DNA of 64,000 nucleotides, from assembly GCA_035529455.1 (NCBI GenBank), contig DATKWQ010000052.1:5966-69965 (forward strand), written 5' to 3'. Position numbers and translations under genes: made by a program. The notes under the pieces were generated by a model. The model had not been told where the DNA came from and searched no databases. It worked only from the letters and a program-made list of their open reading frames with translations. Source of the DNA: Thermoplasmata archaeon (GTDB taxonomy: Archaea; Thermoplasmatota; Thermoplasmata; UBA10834). Shown here in pieces: positions 29,609 through 39,660 of this stretch (positions are counted from its first letter, which is position 1; every line of letters starts with the position of its first letter).

Positions 29609-30184
29609 ATGCCCCCGACAATGACCCCACTCGAAGCGGCCCTCGCAGGGCTGTGGTTGATGATACCCGCCCTCGTTCCGAATTCAGCGGCAGTCGTATT
29701 CGGAGGTGGACGCCCAATCGACTTCGGCAGGAGCTGGAGGGGCAGACGTATCCTGGGCGACGGTAAGACCTGGCGAGGGTTCATCGGAGGGGCGGGCTGC
29801 GGGGTCCTTGTCGGGCTTCTCCAGGTTGCTGCGGTCGAACTGGGGGGCATGCCCGAGATTTGGAGCTTCGGACCGTGGCCGTCCGCGGTCACCGTGGTGA
29901 TCTGTCTGGGCCTGGGATCGATGCTCGGAGACAGCATGGGTTCCTTTGTCAAGAGGAGGTTCGGCGTGAACAGGGGCACAAAGGCGCCTGGGCTGGACCA
30001 GTACAACTTCGTGGTTGGAGCATCCGTACTGATAATCGTGTTCAGATTCGATTGGTTCCAGGAGCATTTCATAGACGACAACGCGATATGGGGGTTGGTG
30101 GCACTGCTGATAGTCGTCCCCCTCCTGCATCGCGGGGTCAATATCGTTGGATACAGACTAGGTAGGAAGGAAGTACCATGGTAG
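29609..30184 (+). CDS. carS: CDP-archaeol synthase (CarS)
   Basis: Five TM helices and the DGKTWRGF and GD.MGSF.KRR motifs typical of CarS/DUF46. Confidence 0.8.
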   Translation: MPPTMTPLEAALAGLWLMIPALVPNSAAVVFGGGRPIDFGRSWRGRRILGDGKTWRGFIGGAGCGVLVGLLQVAAVELGGMPEIWSFGPWPSAVTVVICLGLGSMLGDSMGSFVKRRFGVNRGTKAPGLDQYNFVVGASVLIIVFRFDWFQEHFIDDNAIWGLVALLIVVPLLHRGVNIVGYRLGRKEVPW

Positions 30185-30696
30185 AAGATGCACAGAAGCT
30201 CAGACGGATGCTCGTGGAACTGAAGGTCGTACAGACCGGGGATTTCACTCTTGCGTCGGGCAAGAAAAGCAATTTCTTCGTCAACATCAAGCGGGCGAGC
30301 ACAGACCCGGTCGTACTGAGGGAGATCGCACGAGCCATGGCGCCCCATGTCGGAAACTGCAAGATCGCAGGCATGGCACTGGGGGCGGTTCCGATAGCAG
30401 TGGCGGTGGCGCTCGAGACGGACAGACCATATGTCATGGTGCGCAAGGAAGCGAAAGATCACGGCACGAAAGACCTGATCGAAGGGGAAGTGGCCCCCGG
30501 GGACAAGTTCGTCATCGTGGAGGACGTCGCCACGACTGGTGGGTCGACCATGAGGGTCGTTGATGCGCTCAGGCAGAAGGGCGCGGTGGTCGAGAAAGCC
30601 ATCGTCGTCGTCGATCGGGAGGAAGGGGCTTCTGCGCTCTTATCGGACAGAGGTGTGGAGCTCATCCCGATATTCAAGGCCAAGGACCTGACATGA
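30178..30696 (+). CDS. pyrE: orotate phosphoribosyltransferase
   Basis: Type-I PRTase PRPP loop VIVEDVATTGGS. ~172 aa. Overlaps carS by 7 bp. Confidence 0.85.
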   Translation: MVEDAQKLRRMLVELKVVQTGDFTLASGKKSNFFVNIKRASTDPVVLREIARAMAPHVGNCKIAGMALGAVPIAVAVALETDRPYVMVRKEAKDHGTKDLIEGEVAPGDKFVIVEDVATTGGSTMRVVDALRQKGAVVEKAIVVVDREEGASALLSDRGVELIPIFKAKDLT

Positions 30697-31262
30697 AGAA
30701 AGCTCAAACGGTACCGGCGAACTGCACGGCGTGTCGGTTGAGCGGGACGCGCACCAATGTCGTTCCTGGAAATGGGCCGTCGAGATCGAAGATATTGTTC
30801 ATAGGGGAGGCGCCTGGAAGAGACGAGGACTTGAGAGGGGAGCCTTTCGTTGGAAGCGCAGGGAAGACTCTGAACCAAGCTCTCGCAGACCTTGGGGTAT
30901 CCCGCGAAGACGTCTATGTAACGAACATAGTCAAGTGCAGACCTCCAGGAAACAGACGACCTGCACGAGACGAGATAGACGCGTGCGTTGGATACCTCTG
31001 TGCCGAGGTCCATCGGGCCGGGCCTTCCGTGATATGTCTCCTGGGCCAGACCGTCGCTCGCGAGCTGCTCGGGCACAATGGCAAGATGTCGGACATCGTG
31101 GGAGAAGTCGTGGATGCCAAAATCTGCGGGTCCGACGTGAAGTGCGTGGTTGCATACCACCCAGCGGCGTGCCTGTACCGTCGGGCAAACTTCGACTCGT
31201 TTCGCGAGTCCATTGCGATGGGACTCAAGCTCGCGGGCATCGAAGGGGGCCGGCCGCAATGA
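30693..31262 (+). CDS. uracil-DNA glycosylase, family 4
   Basis: GEAPG.DED motif (GEAPGRDEDLRGEPFVGSAG), Cys ligands for the 4Fe-4S cluster, and a HPAA-like motif (YHPAA). Confidence 0.9.
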   Translation: MKKAQTVPANCTACRLSGTRTNVVPGNGPSRSKILFIGEAPGRDEDLRGEPFVGSAGKTLNQALADLGVSREDVYVTNIVKCRPPGNRRPARDEIDACVGYLCAEVHRAGPSVICLLGQTVARELLGHNGKMSDIVGEVVDAKICGSDVKCVVAYHPAACLYRRANFDSFRESIAMGLKLAGIEGGRPQ

Positions 31263-33133
31263 GAGACTGGCGAGTCCTGTTGCCTGTAACATTCTCGCTT
31301 CTGGTGCTTTTGACTTCAACCCCTCACGTCATGGCGGACGTCGAGGATGAAGGCGCAGCTCAGTTGGAGAGCTGGACGTTCATGATATACATGGCCGCTG
31401 ACGTGACGGACACGCTTCCTTGGGAAGCGGACATAAACGAGATGGAGGCGGCAGATCAGGCGGAGAATGCGAACATCATAGTGCTTGTGGACCCGCCAGG
31501 CATGGCGAACACCATGCTGTTGAAGATAGAGCATGACGACAATCATTTCGACCCAGAGATAGTCTCAACCACCATCGACGACCTGGGTGAGGTGATACCC
31601 GGTGGGGGAGAGGTCAACACAGGCTCCCCAGCGGTCCTGAGGGACTTCATATTGTTCTCCGCGACGGAATACCCCGCTGACCGCCTCGTATTGGTCCTAT
31701 GGGGACACGGAGCGGGATGGAGAGGTCTGTGTCCCGATGGCACGGACCTGCTGACACTGCCAGAGTTGGGGGCGGCCCTGGCGATGGCGGAGGCGACGCT
31801 CGACCGACGACTTGACATGCTTGTTCTGGACGTCTGCAATGGAGCAACCATGGAGCTCGCGTATGAGATATCGGAGCATGCCGACTTCCTCGTCGGCAGC
31901 GAACTCAACGTGCCGGCGGAAGGGTTGCCCTATGCGGATGTGTTCAACGCATTCTCTGAGGATCCTTGGCAATCGACGAACGCTTTCGGCGAGGCGATAG
32001 TCGACTCGTATGTCGAATGGGCGGAATACGGTTCATCCCACGCGACCGTTGCATGCCTCCTTGACCTCTCCAGAGTGGACGATACTGTGGAAGCTCTGGA
32101 CTCGATGTCGGAGCTGGGGTTGATATTCAACCGGCTCTACCACTCGGCGATGACGGCCGCTGTCCATTCCTCTGAGCATTGCGAGGACGAATGGTCCGTG
32201 GACTTTGGCGCCCTGTGCGGCGAGCTTTGCGCGGAAGACCTTCCAATTGAGGTCAAGGTCGCCTCAATGGATGCTGCAAGAGAGTACCTCCTCGCTGTCA
32301 AGCACTACGCGGAAACGAACACCGATGAGCTGGATGGCGCCACGACCACCGGGTTATCACTCTATTGCCCGTCGAGCGTCTCCGATACTGGCTACCTTGA
32401 GCTCCGCATATCCCAGACACTGTGGACGAATCTCTCGTTCAGGCTTCATGAAGACATCGCCCTGCAGGCCCAGGGCCCCGGCCCTGAGTTGACGTTAGGG
32501 GATTCCTCGGTCGGTGGCGAGAACATTCTAGATTTCGCGACACTGACATGGAACCCGGATGCAGAATGGAACTACACCAGCTACATGGTAAACGTCTTTC
32601 GCATCGAACCAAACGGATTAGTGGCATGCCAGACGATACTGGCTGTGAACCCCGTAATCCGCATCATGGATGTCATCGGCGATCTCTGGATATCCGCTTC
32701 GGGGTGCATCGGCGGCGAAGCGTACTCCAACCACCTGCGTCAGTGCACCCTATCAAGGCTCGTGACGGTGGAAGTGATTGTCAGCAGCCTGCCCGAGACT
32801 TACGACGGAGACATCGGAGTCATGATCAGCTCAGACATCAATGATTTCATGATTTTCAGATGTGAAGACAATGTCTGCACCGTTCTGTTCACAGCTCCGG
32901 ACTGGGCGAATATCGGAGGGATAGTCACATTGCGACTTATCGACCTCACAAACAGGAACATTCTGTCAGAACAAAGAACGCTTGTTTCTGGGGAGGACAT
33001 GGTCGTGACTTTGAACGTCCACATGACGACTGCAGAGACCATCGAATCCGAGATACTCCTCGGATTCGTCGCAATGATAACCATTCTCTGCGTGGCGGCC
33101 GTCGTCTACGTCAACCTGCTGCGGAGGAGATGA
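31259..33133 (+). CDS. clostripain-like cysteine peptidase (C11 family), secreted with C-terminal TM anchor
   Basis: Signal peptide, C11 block WTFMIYMAAD, a catalytic His in VLWGHGAGW and a catalytic Cys in VLDVCNGATME. A C-terminal hydrophobic helix precedes RRR. The start overlaps the UDG stop (ATGA). Confidence 0.75.
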   Translation: MRDWRVLLPVTFSLLVLLTSTPHVMADVEDEGAAQLESWTFMIYMAADVTDTLPWEADINEMEAADQAENANIIVLVDPPGMANTMLLKIEHDDNHFDPEIVSTTIDDLGEVIPGGGEVNTGSPAVLRDFILFSATEYPADRLVLVLWGHGAGWRGLCPDGTDLLTLPELGAALAMAEATLDRRLDMLVLDVCNGATMELAYEISEHADFLVGSELNVPAEGLPYADVFNAFSEDPWQSTNAFGEAIVDSYVEWAEYGSSHATVACLLDLSRVDDTVEALDSMSELGLIFNRLYHSAMTAAVHSSEHCEDEWSVDFGALCGELCAEDLPIEVKVASMDAAREYLLAVKHYAETNTDELDGATTTGLSLYCPSSVSDTGYLELRISQTLWTNLSFRLHEDIALQAQGPGPELTLGDSSVGGENILDFATLTWNPDAEWNYTSYMVNVFRIEPNGLVACQTILAVNPVIRIMDVIGDLWISASGCIGGEAYSNHLRQCTLSRLVTVEVIVSSLPETYDGDIGVMISSDINDFMIFRCEDNVCTVLFTAPDWANIGGIVTLRLIDLTNRNILSEQRTLVSGEDMVVTLNVHMTTAETIESEILLGFVAMITILCVAAVVYVNLLRRR

Positions 33134-33138
33134 CGTCT

Positions 33139-33810
33139 TCAGAATCGCTTCTTGAACAGGAACTTCAGGTTTCCAAGACCATCCTTCCAGCTGTTCAGTT
33201 TCACCTCGCCTATCCTCATCCGATAGGTGATGGGGACCTCAACGGCACGTGATTTCCTGAACGCCTCGATCTTGATCTCCTCGGACATGGCCATCGCATC
33301 GCTATTCAAATCCATCGACGCGAGGAGGGTGCGTCTGAAGACCCACATGCCACTCTGAGAATCCTTAACCCTCACTCTGAACAGGACCCGGGCGGTAACC
33401 GAGAGCATCCAGTTGCCCAGGCGATGCTTCGCGCCCATCGCCCCCTTCTCCATGTTGGCGAACCGATTTGTTGTTATGAAATCGAGGTCCTTAGACACCA
33501 ACTCATCCGCAAGACGTGGTATCTCAGATGCCGGATAGGTCATGTCGGCGTCGAGCGTCGCGATTATGTCACCGCTCGCGCGTGCAAAACCGGTCTTGTA
33601 CGCGCGTCCGTACCCGCGCCGTGGCTCCTCCACAACGATGGCGCCGAGCGAAGACGCTATCTCCCTGGTCCTGTCCTTTGAGTTGGTGTCCACGACGAGT
33701 ATTTCGAAAGGGCGTTCTCCGAAAGCTTCCTTGACCTCGGCTATGACAAGGCCGACGCTCTCCTCCTCGTTCATAGTCGGTATTACGATAGAGACCGTCT
33801 GTTCTGACAC
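33139..33810 (-). CDS. glycosyltransferase family 2 (dolichyl-phosphate hexose synthase-like)
   Basis: GT-A fold with SIVIPTMNEE and DTNSKDRT (DxD-type) motifs. 223 aa. Confidence 0.85.
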   Translation of the reverse strand: MSEQTVSIVIPTMNEEESVGLVIAEVKEAFGERPFEILVVDTNSKDRTREIASSLGAIVVEEPRRGYGRAYKTGFARASGDIIATLDADMTYPASEIPRLADELVSKDLDFITTNRFANMEKGAMGAKHRLGNWMLSVTARVLFRVRVKDSQSGMWVFRRTLLASMDLNSDAMAMSEEIKIEAFRKSRAVEVPITYRMRIGEVKLNSWKDGLGNLKFLFKKRF

Positions 33811-33814
33811 AACA

Positions 33815-34666
33815 TCATCTCCCGGGGAATATCAGTCTCCACCGCTTCCTGCCTTTTCTTTCTTCCTTCCCGCGCGACCAGTCCACATCGTCTGGCACAC
33901 GGTCCAGAAGCTTGCACATCAGATATCCGATGACGGCGACTGCCAACCGGGAAATCGCCCAGAACGACTTCGATGTCTCTATCAGACGAGTTGGTTTGTA
34001 CGAAGACCAGAGATTGCCATGTTTCATCGTCAGCTGCTTTCGTCCCCAGCCGTTCCAGAACGCCTGCTTGAAGAACCCTTTGAAGCTGCCCTTCGTCCGA
34101 TGGTAGACTATGGCGTCAGGATTGACGCCGAACTTGTATCCCTTCTCCACTGCCCGCAGGTTCACGTCGATATCCTCAGCCGTGACAAACCACGGATCGA
34201 ACCCTCCGATGTCGTCCATCACTTGTCGTCTCCACGCCATGCTCGCGCTCGGATGCGAGATGTCGACGCCCCGGTGATACAGCTCAACCCTGTCGAGGTC
34301 CTCGAACGCGTGATACCCGATGTTGATCGTCTTACCTGCCACCACATCGTAGCTCTGGAGGGTTCTGCGCAGTTCGCGGATCCAGAACGGGTTCGCGATG
34401 CAGTCACCGCCAATGGTCGCTATGGCATCACCAGTGGCCATAGAGATGCCGTAGTTGGTGCTCTCGCCTCGTGTGCCTGGACAGTGGAAGTAACGGATGT
34501 TCTCGTGATTCTTGACATAAGACTCAATGACTGCGATTGTGCCGTCCCAACTGCCCGCATCTACCACCACAATCTCCAGCGGTCCCTCCTGCACGATGAG
34601 GCTGTCGAAGAGGTCCCTTACGTGTCTCTTCTCATTGAGAAGGTTGAGAATCACACTTATCTTCAT
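33815..34666 (-). CDS. glycosyltransferase family 2
   Basis: ISVILNLLNE...VVDAGSWDGT...AEDID: GT-A fold with a DxD motif. Confidence 0.85.
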   Translation of the reverse strand: MKISVILNLLNEKRHVRDLFDSLIVQEGPLEIVVVDAGSWDGTIAVIESYVKNHENIRYFHCPGTRGESTNYGISMATGDAIATIGGDCIANPFWIRELRRTLQSYDVVAGKTINIGYHAFEDLDRVELYHRGVDISHPSASMAWRRQVMDDIGGFDPWFVTAEDIDVNLRAVEKGYKFGVNPDAIVYHRTKGSFKGFFKQAFWNGWGRKQLTMKHGNLWSSYKPTRLIETSKSFWAISRLAVAVIGYLMCKLLDRVPDDVDWSRGKEERKGRKRWRLIFPGR

Positions 34667-34730
34667 GTCGATACGAATCCATCTGAAATGGTTCAGCCCT
34701 TATTATGATTTGCAGCGAGGATACGCCCCG

Positions 34731-36053
34731 TCACTTCATGCTGGCAGGCCCGTATCCTACGCCGAAGTACCGGGCTCCAGCTGCCTCGACCTTCTTCGGG
34801 TCTAGGCAACGCCTGCCGTCAACCACCACAGCGTTCCTCATCTTGGAGAACTGCTTCCTGCCAATCTTCCTGAACTCATCCCAATCCGCTTGTATCACGC
34901 ACGCATCGGCGCCTGCGAGCGCGTCATCGACAGACGATGCGAAGTTTATCGTGGGCATGAGTTCTATGAAGTTGGACATCGCCATCGGATCGAAGGCGAC
35001 CACCTCGACGCCGTTCGCCAGCAGACCAGCCACGAGCGGTACCGCGCGTGTATCCCTGACATCATCAACCCCTCCTTTGAATGAGAGGCCAAGCACGGCG
35101 ACCTTCAGACCCTTGATGTCTCCGAATACCCTCTTGAGAGTCAACACGGCCTCGTTCGGCTGCTCATCGTTCACCTTCAGAATGGCGGTGAGCAGATGCG
35201 CCGGGTAATCCATCCCGCGCGCCTTGTGTCTGAGGGCCCTGACGTCCTTTGGCAGACAGCTTCCACCGAACCCAAGGCCGGGCTTCAAGAAGAGCGATCC
35301 TATCCTCGGATCCTTCCCTGTGGCTGTGAGCACCACCTCAGAATCGATCTCCAGCCGTTGACATATGTTGGCAATCTCGTTCGCATAAGTTATCTTCGTC
35401 GCCAAGAAGGAGTTCGAAGCGTACTTGATCATCTCCGCCGTCCTCAGGTCAGTCTTGAACCTGTCGCCTTCGATGGGGGCGTACAGCTTCATCAACGCGT
35501 CGCCAGCGCGCTTGTCGGAAGCGCCCACGACGATCCTCGAAGGCTCCATACTGTCTTTGAGGGCGCTCCCTTCCTGAAGGAACTCCGGATTCATGCAAAG
35601 GCCGAAATCATTTCCGGCGGACTTGTCCGAACCCGCCTCGAGTATCTCCTTGACGACCGTGTCCGTGGTGGACGGTATGACCGTGCTCTTCACTACGACC
35701 ACCTTGTAGTCTTCGGTTCTGACCAATGCCCGGGCCACATCACGGCTCGCTGACTTGAGCGCGCGTATGTCTATCTTGCCAGAGTCCAGCGATGGCGTCT
35801 GCACACAGATGAATATGAACTTGGATTCGGCCGAGGACCCAATGACATCCTTGGAGGCCGTGACCGCCCCGGTCTTCACCAGTCGCGCGAGCTCCTTCTC
35901 CAACGGAGGCTCGTAGAACGGGGCGCGGCCAGCGTTCACATCCCTCACGCGACGGCAGTCGACATCGGCGCACACGACCCTGTGCCCCAACTTGCCAAAC
36001 ATGACCGCGGTGGCGAGGCCAACGTAACCCGCTCCGATCACACATATGCGCAT
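34731..36053 (-). CDS. nucleotide-sugar 6-dehydrogenase (UDP-glucose / UDP-GlcNAc 6-dehydrogenase family, WbpA-like)
   Basis: N-terminal GAGYVG Rossmann motif, a catalytic Cys (GFGGSCLPKD) and the central and C-terminal UDPG-DH domains. Confidence 0.9.
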   Translation of the reverse strand: MRICVIGAGYVGLATAVMFGKLGHRVVCADVDCRRVRDVNAGRAPFYEPPLEKELARLVKTGAVTASKDVIGSSAESKFIFICVQTPSLDSGKIDIRALKSASRDVARALVRTEDYKVVVVKSTVIPSTTDTVVKEILEAGSDKSAGNDFGLCMNPEFLQEGSALKDSMEPSRIVVGASDKRAGDALMKLYAPIEGDRFKTDLRTAEMIKYASNSFLATKITYANEIANICQRLEIDSEVVLTATGKDPRIGSLFLKPGLGFGGSCLPKDVRALRHKARGMDYPAHLLTAILKVNDEQPNEAVLTLKRVFGDIKGLKVAVLGLSFKGGVDDVRDTRAVPLVAGLLANGVEVVAFDPMAMSNFIELMPTINFASSVDDALAGADACVIQADWDEFRKIGRKQFSKMRNAVVVDGRRCLDPKKVEAAGARYFGVGYGPASMK

Positions 36054-36146
36054 GTTGGGCGAGACTCCATCTTGCGGTTATAACACTTTTCATATCTGGC
36101 GGAAGACGGCAAAGGATTATATCACCAGTTCATGTTCATTTCCACA

Positions 36147-37004
36147 ATGAAAGTCGTTATTCCCGCCGCGGGCCTTGGCACGAGGTTCCTGCCTGCCACA
36201 AAGGCACAGCCGAAGGAGATGCTGCCTGTCGTCGATAAACCGACCATACAGTATGTCGTCGAGGAGGCGGTCGAATCGGGCATGACGGACATCATAATCA
36301 TCACTGGCCGTGGCAAACGGGCGATAGAAGACCACTTCGACAGATCATACGAACTCGAGCACCGGCTCATGAAGTCGGGGAACACGGAAGCACTGAATGA
36401 GATCAAGAACATCGCGTCGATGGCGGACATATTCTACATACGTCAGAAGGAGCAGCTTGGGCTCGGCCATGCGATATTGTGCGCCAAGAAGCATGTGGGC
36501 CACGAGCCATTCGCGGTCATGCTTGGGGATGATATAGTCGTGAACGACAAACCATGCATGTCCCAGCTCATGAAGGTACACGAGCAAAAGGACCACGCCT
36601 CGGTTGTTGGGGTGGAAACCGTACCCGAAGCGCTGATATCCAGATACGGAGTAATCAAGGGCGTCAAGGAGACCGATGACGTCTACCAAATTCAGGACCT
36701 GGTCGAGAAGCCATCAGCTGAGAACGCGCCGTCCGACCTAGCGATCATAGGAAGATACATCTTCGAGCCCAAGATATTCGACCATCTGGAGAAGACTGGG
36801 CTCGGGGCGAACGGCGAGTACCAGCTAACGGACGCGATGCGGGCACTGTGCAAGGACAGACGACTCTATGGCCTGAAATTCACTGGCCGGCGATTCGACA
36901 TCGGGAGCAAGGTCGATTGGATAAGGGCGACCGTCGAACTGGGCATGGAGAGGGCAGATCTCGCGCCGGAGCTGAGACCCGCCCTCGAGAAGATTTTGAG
37001 ATGA
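36147..37004 (+). CDS. galU: UTP--glucose-1-phosphate uridylyltransferase
   Basis: VIPAAGLGTRFLPATKAQPKEMLPVVDKP signature. Start trimmed to MKVVIPAAG. Confidence 0.9.
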   Translation: MKVVIPAAGLGTRFLPATKAQPKEMLPVVDKPTIQYVVEEAVESGMTDIIIITGRGKRAIEDHFDRSYELEHRLMKSGNTEALNEIKNIASMADIFYIRQKEQLGLGHAILCAKKHVGHEPFAVMLGDDIVVNDKPCMSQLMKVHEQKDHASVVGVETVPEALISRYGVIKGVKETDDVYQIQDLVEKPSAENAPSDLAIIGRYIFEPKIFDHLEKTGLGANGEYQLTDAMRALCKDRRLYGLKFTGRRFDIGSKVDWIRATVELGMERADLAPELRPALEKILR

Positions 37005-37086
37005 CGCGCCAGCACACCCGTCTATGGCGGAACTCTGATAGGGTTTAGCTCCACAATGTATTATAGCTAGGGATGGCTTCTGGCAC

Positions 37087-37566
37087 GTGCTGGTGAGCAG
37101 GGTGAAGCTCCTCGCAAAATATCATTCCATAGAGGACTGCGAAATCGGTGAGGATACTGTTGTAAGGGATTTCGTCAACCTCTACGGCTGCAGGATTGGC
37201 AAGGGCTGCAAAATCGCAGCTTATGTCGAGATACAACGAGACGTCGTTGTCGGAGACCGATGCAAGATCGAGGCGTTCGCATTCATACCATCTGGGGTCA
37301 CCATCGAGGACGAGGTCTTCGTGGGCCCCCACGCATGCTTCACCAACGACCGCACGCCCAAGGCCGTCGGCGAGTGGTCGGTGACGCCTACCGTGGTGAA
37401 GAAGGGGGCCTCCATCGGGGCCAACGCGACGATCATATGTGGCGTGACGATCGGCGAAGGCGCCTTCGTGGGTGCGGGGGCGGTGGTTACGAAGGACGTG
37501 CCCCCGAACGCGAAGGTCGCGGGAAACCCCGCGAAGGTTATCGGAACGAGGAACCATCGGAATTGA
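37087..37566 (+). CDS. hexapeptide-repeat sugar N-acetyltransferase (WbpD/PglD-like)
   Basis: LbH repeats throughout. GTG start. Sits between galU and the DegT aminotransferase. Confidence 0.75.
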   Translation: MLVSRVKLLAKYHSIEDCEIGEDTVVRDFVNLYGCRIGKGCKIAAYVEIQRDVVVGDRCKIEAFAFIPSGVTIEDEVFVGPHACFTNDRTPKAVGEWSVTPTVVKKGASIGANATIICGVTIGEGAFVGAGAVVTKDVPPNAKVAGNPAKVIGTRNHRN

Positions 37567-37582
37567 ACGGCCATTTGGAGAG

Positions 37583-38677
37583 ATGTGGATGAAAGTACCA
37601 TTGGCACAACCGGTAATGACGGAAAGCATGGTGGAGGCGGCGGCGAACGCCCTCAGGAACGAACGGCTCACAATGGGCGAGAGCATGTTCAAGTTCGAGG
37701 AAGCGTTCGCGAAGATGTGTGGTGTGAAGCACGCAGTGTCAGTCAACTCTGGAACCGCAGCGATCCAACTCTCACTCCTCGCGGCTGGATTGAAGGCCAA
37801 GGACACATTCCTGACGTCTTCGATGTCATTCGTGGCAACGACTAACGCCTTCGTGGCTTTCGGTGGAGTACCCGATTTCGCGGACGTCCTGGAGTCTGAA
37901 TACACCATCGACCCCTCGAAGATCAAGATAACTCCTGGGACAAAGGCGATAATCCCAGTCCACCTCTACGGTCATCCCTCGCGGATGGACGAAATAAACG
38001 AGATCGCCAAAGACGCTGGCGTGCTCGTGCTCGAGGACGCGTGTCAGGCGCATGGCGCGCTGTACAAGGGAAAGCGTGCCGGGGCGCTGGGGGACATCGG
38101 ATGCTTCTCGTTCTACCCCACCAAGAACATGCATGTCGGAGGCGACGGGGGGATGGTCACTACAGACGACAGCGACGTGGCCGAACTCGTGAAGAGGCTG
38201 AGACACTGCGGCAGGAAGGGGCAGTACGAGCATGACATCATCGGCTACACGGCTCGTCTGAACAGTGCGAACGCTGCGGTCGGCCTTGAGCAGCTCAAGA
38301 TGCTGGAAGGGTGGAACGACAAGCGGAGAGGCGTCGCGGCGAAGTACCACAGTCGGTTGAAGGACCTGGACGGCCTGGGACTGCCTCCGCAGCCAACCAG
38401 CGACGTGTCACCGGTCTATCATCTGTACACAGTCAAGACGACGCAGAGAGAGAAACTGAGAGCACATCTCGACGGTGCGGGTGTGCAGACGGGCGTGCAT
38501 TACGAGATCCCGATACACCTGCAGCCAATCTACAAGGAGATGTATGGATACAAGGAGGGTCTGTTGCCAGTGACAGAACGGCTGTGCAAGGAGGTCATGA
38601 CGCTGCCGATGTTCCCAGACATGACTGACGAGCAGGTATCCTACGTATGCGAAAATGTGAGCGAGTTCTACGGATAG
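37583..38677 (+). CDS. DegT/DnrJ/EryC1/StrS-family PLP-dependent sugar aminotransferase (WbpE-like)
   Basis: PLP Lys in FSFYPTKNM, DegT family architecture, 360 aa. Confidence 0.9.
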   Translation: MWMKVPLAQPVMTESMVEAAANALRNERLTMGESMFKFEEAFAKMCGVKHAVSVNSGTAAIQLSLLAAGLKAKDTFLTSSMSFVATTNAFVAFGGVPDFADVLESEYTIDPSKIKITPGTKAIIPVHLYGHPSRMDEINEIAKDAGVLVLEDACQAHGALYKGKRAGALGDIGCFSFYPTKNMHVGGDGGMVTTDDSDVAELVKRLRHCGRKGQYEHDIIGYTARLNSANAAVGLEQLKMLEGWNDKRRGVAAKYHSRLKDLDGLGLPPQPTSDVSPVYHLYTVKTTQREKLRAHLDGAGVQTGVHYEIPIHLQPIYKEMYGYKEGLLPVTERLCKEVMTLPMFPDMTDEQVSYVCENVSEFYG

Positions 38678-38688
38678 GGCGATACATC

Positions 38689-39636
38689 ATGGGCGATTTC
38701 AGTGTCGGTGTGATAGGAGCGGGATATTGGGGCAAGAAGATCGTCGACGAGTACTCGAAGATGGATGATGTCCGACTCGTCGGAATCTCAGACCTGGACC
38801 AGAAGAACCTCGATTTCTGCGCAGAGAGGTTTGGAGTCAAGAATGGATACCGGGATGCGGAGCAGCTCCTTTCGCAGAAAGGGTTGGACGCCGTGAACGT
38901 CTGCACACCGAACTCGTCACACTACGAGATATGTAAGATGGCTCTGGAGATGGACAAGCATGTCCTCGTCGAGAAGCCGATCACCGTGACTTCGGCAGAT
39001 GGATGGAAGCTCGTCAAGATGGCCCAGGACAAGGGATTGACGCTCTCGGTCGGCCACATATTCAGGTTCAACAACGCCCTCGCGAAGATACGCGAGTTGA
39101 TCAAGGAGAGGTACTTCGGCAACCTGTTCCTCATGGAGATGACTTGGACCAACCTAGAGAAGTCCTGGCCTGACAGGGATGTGCTGTTGGACCTTGCACC
39201 TCACATGTTCGACATCCAGAACTACCTTCTCGACAAGTGGCCTGTGGAGGTGTCGTGCTCCGGAACCCCCTCGAGAAGGGAATCGGGCGAGGAGACCGCA
39301 TACATCGTCTCCTCCTTCGAAGATGGCCTAATGGCGATGGCGAACATCAGCTGGCTTGTTCCCCGCAAGACCAGGCAGATAATGCTAGTGGGGGAAGCGC
39401 GCTCGGCTCTGATCGACGCCGTCTCGCAGGAAGTCATGGTGTACGAGAGCGGGTACACATACAAGCTGGGAATCGAGCGAAACAACACGATCCGAGACGA
39501 GCTCGAGCAGTTCCTGAGGTCGGTCGCAGACCCTGAGACGGAGACGAAGAACAGCGGCACCGTGGGCGTCCGCACCGTCGAACTGATAGAGGCCTCCAAA
39601 CGCTCCATCGCCGAGAAGAAGACTGTAGCGCTGTGA
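38689..39636 (+). CDS. Gfo/Idh/MocA-family NAD-dependent oxidoreductase (WbpB-like sugar 3-dehydrogenase)
   Basis: N-terminal GVIGAGYWG Rossmann motif and the EKP motif (VLVEKPIT). Start trimmed to MGDFSVGV. Confidence 0.85.
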   Translation: MGDFSVGVIGAGYWGKKIVDEYSKMDDVRLVGISDLDQKNLDFCAERFGVKNGYRDAEQLLSQKGLDAVNVCTPNSSHYEICKMALEMDKHVLVEKPITVTSADGWKLVKMAQDKGLTLSVGHIFRFNNALAKIRELIKERYFGNLFLMEMTWTNLEKSWPDRDVLLDLAPHMFDIQNYLLDKWPVEVSCSGTPSRRESGEETAYIVSSFEDGLMAMANISWLVPRKTRQIMLVGEARSALIDAVSQEVMVYESGYTYKLGIERNNTIRDELEQFLRSVADPETETKNSGTVGVRTVELIEASKRSIAEKKTVAL

Positions 39637-39660
39637 TGGTCAAAGCGTCTTGCAGCGCAC

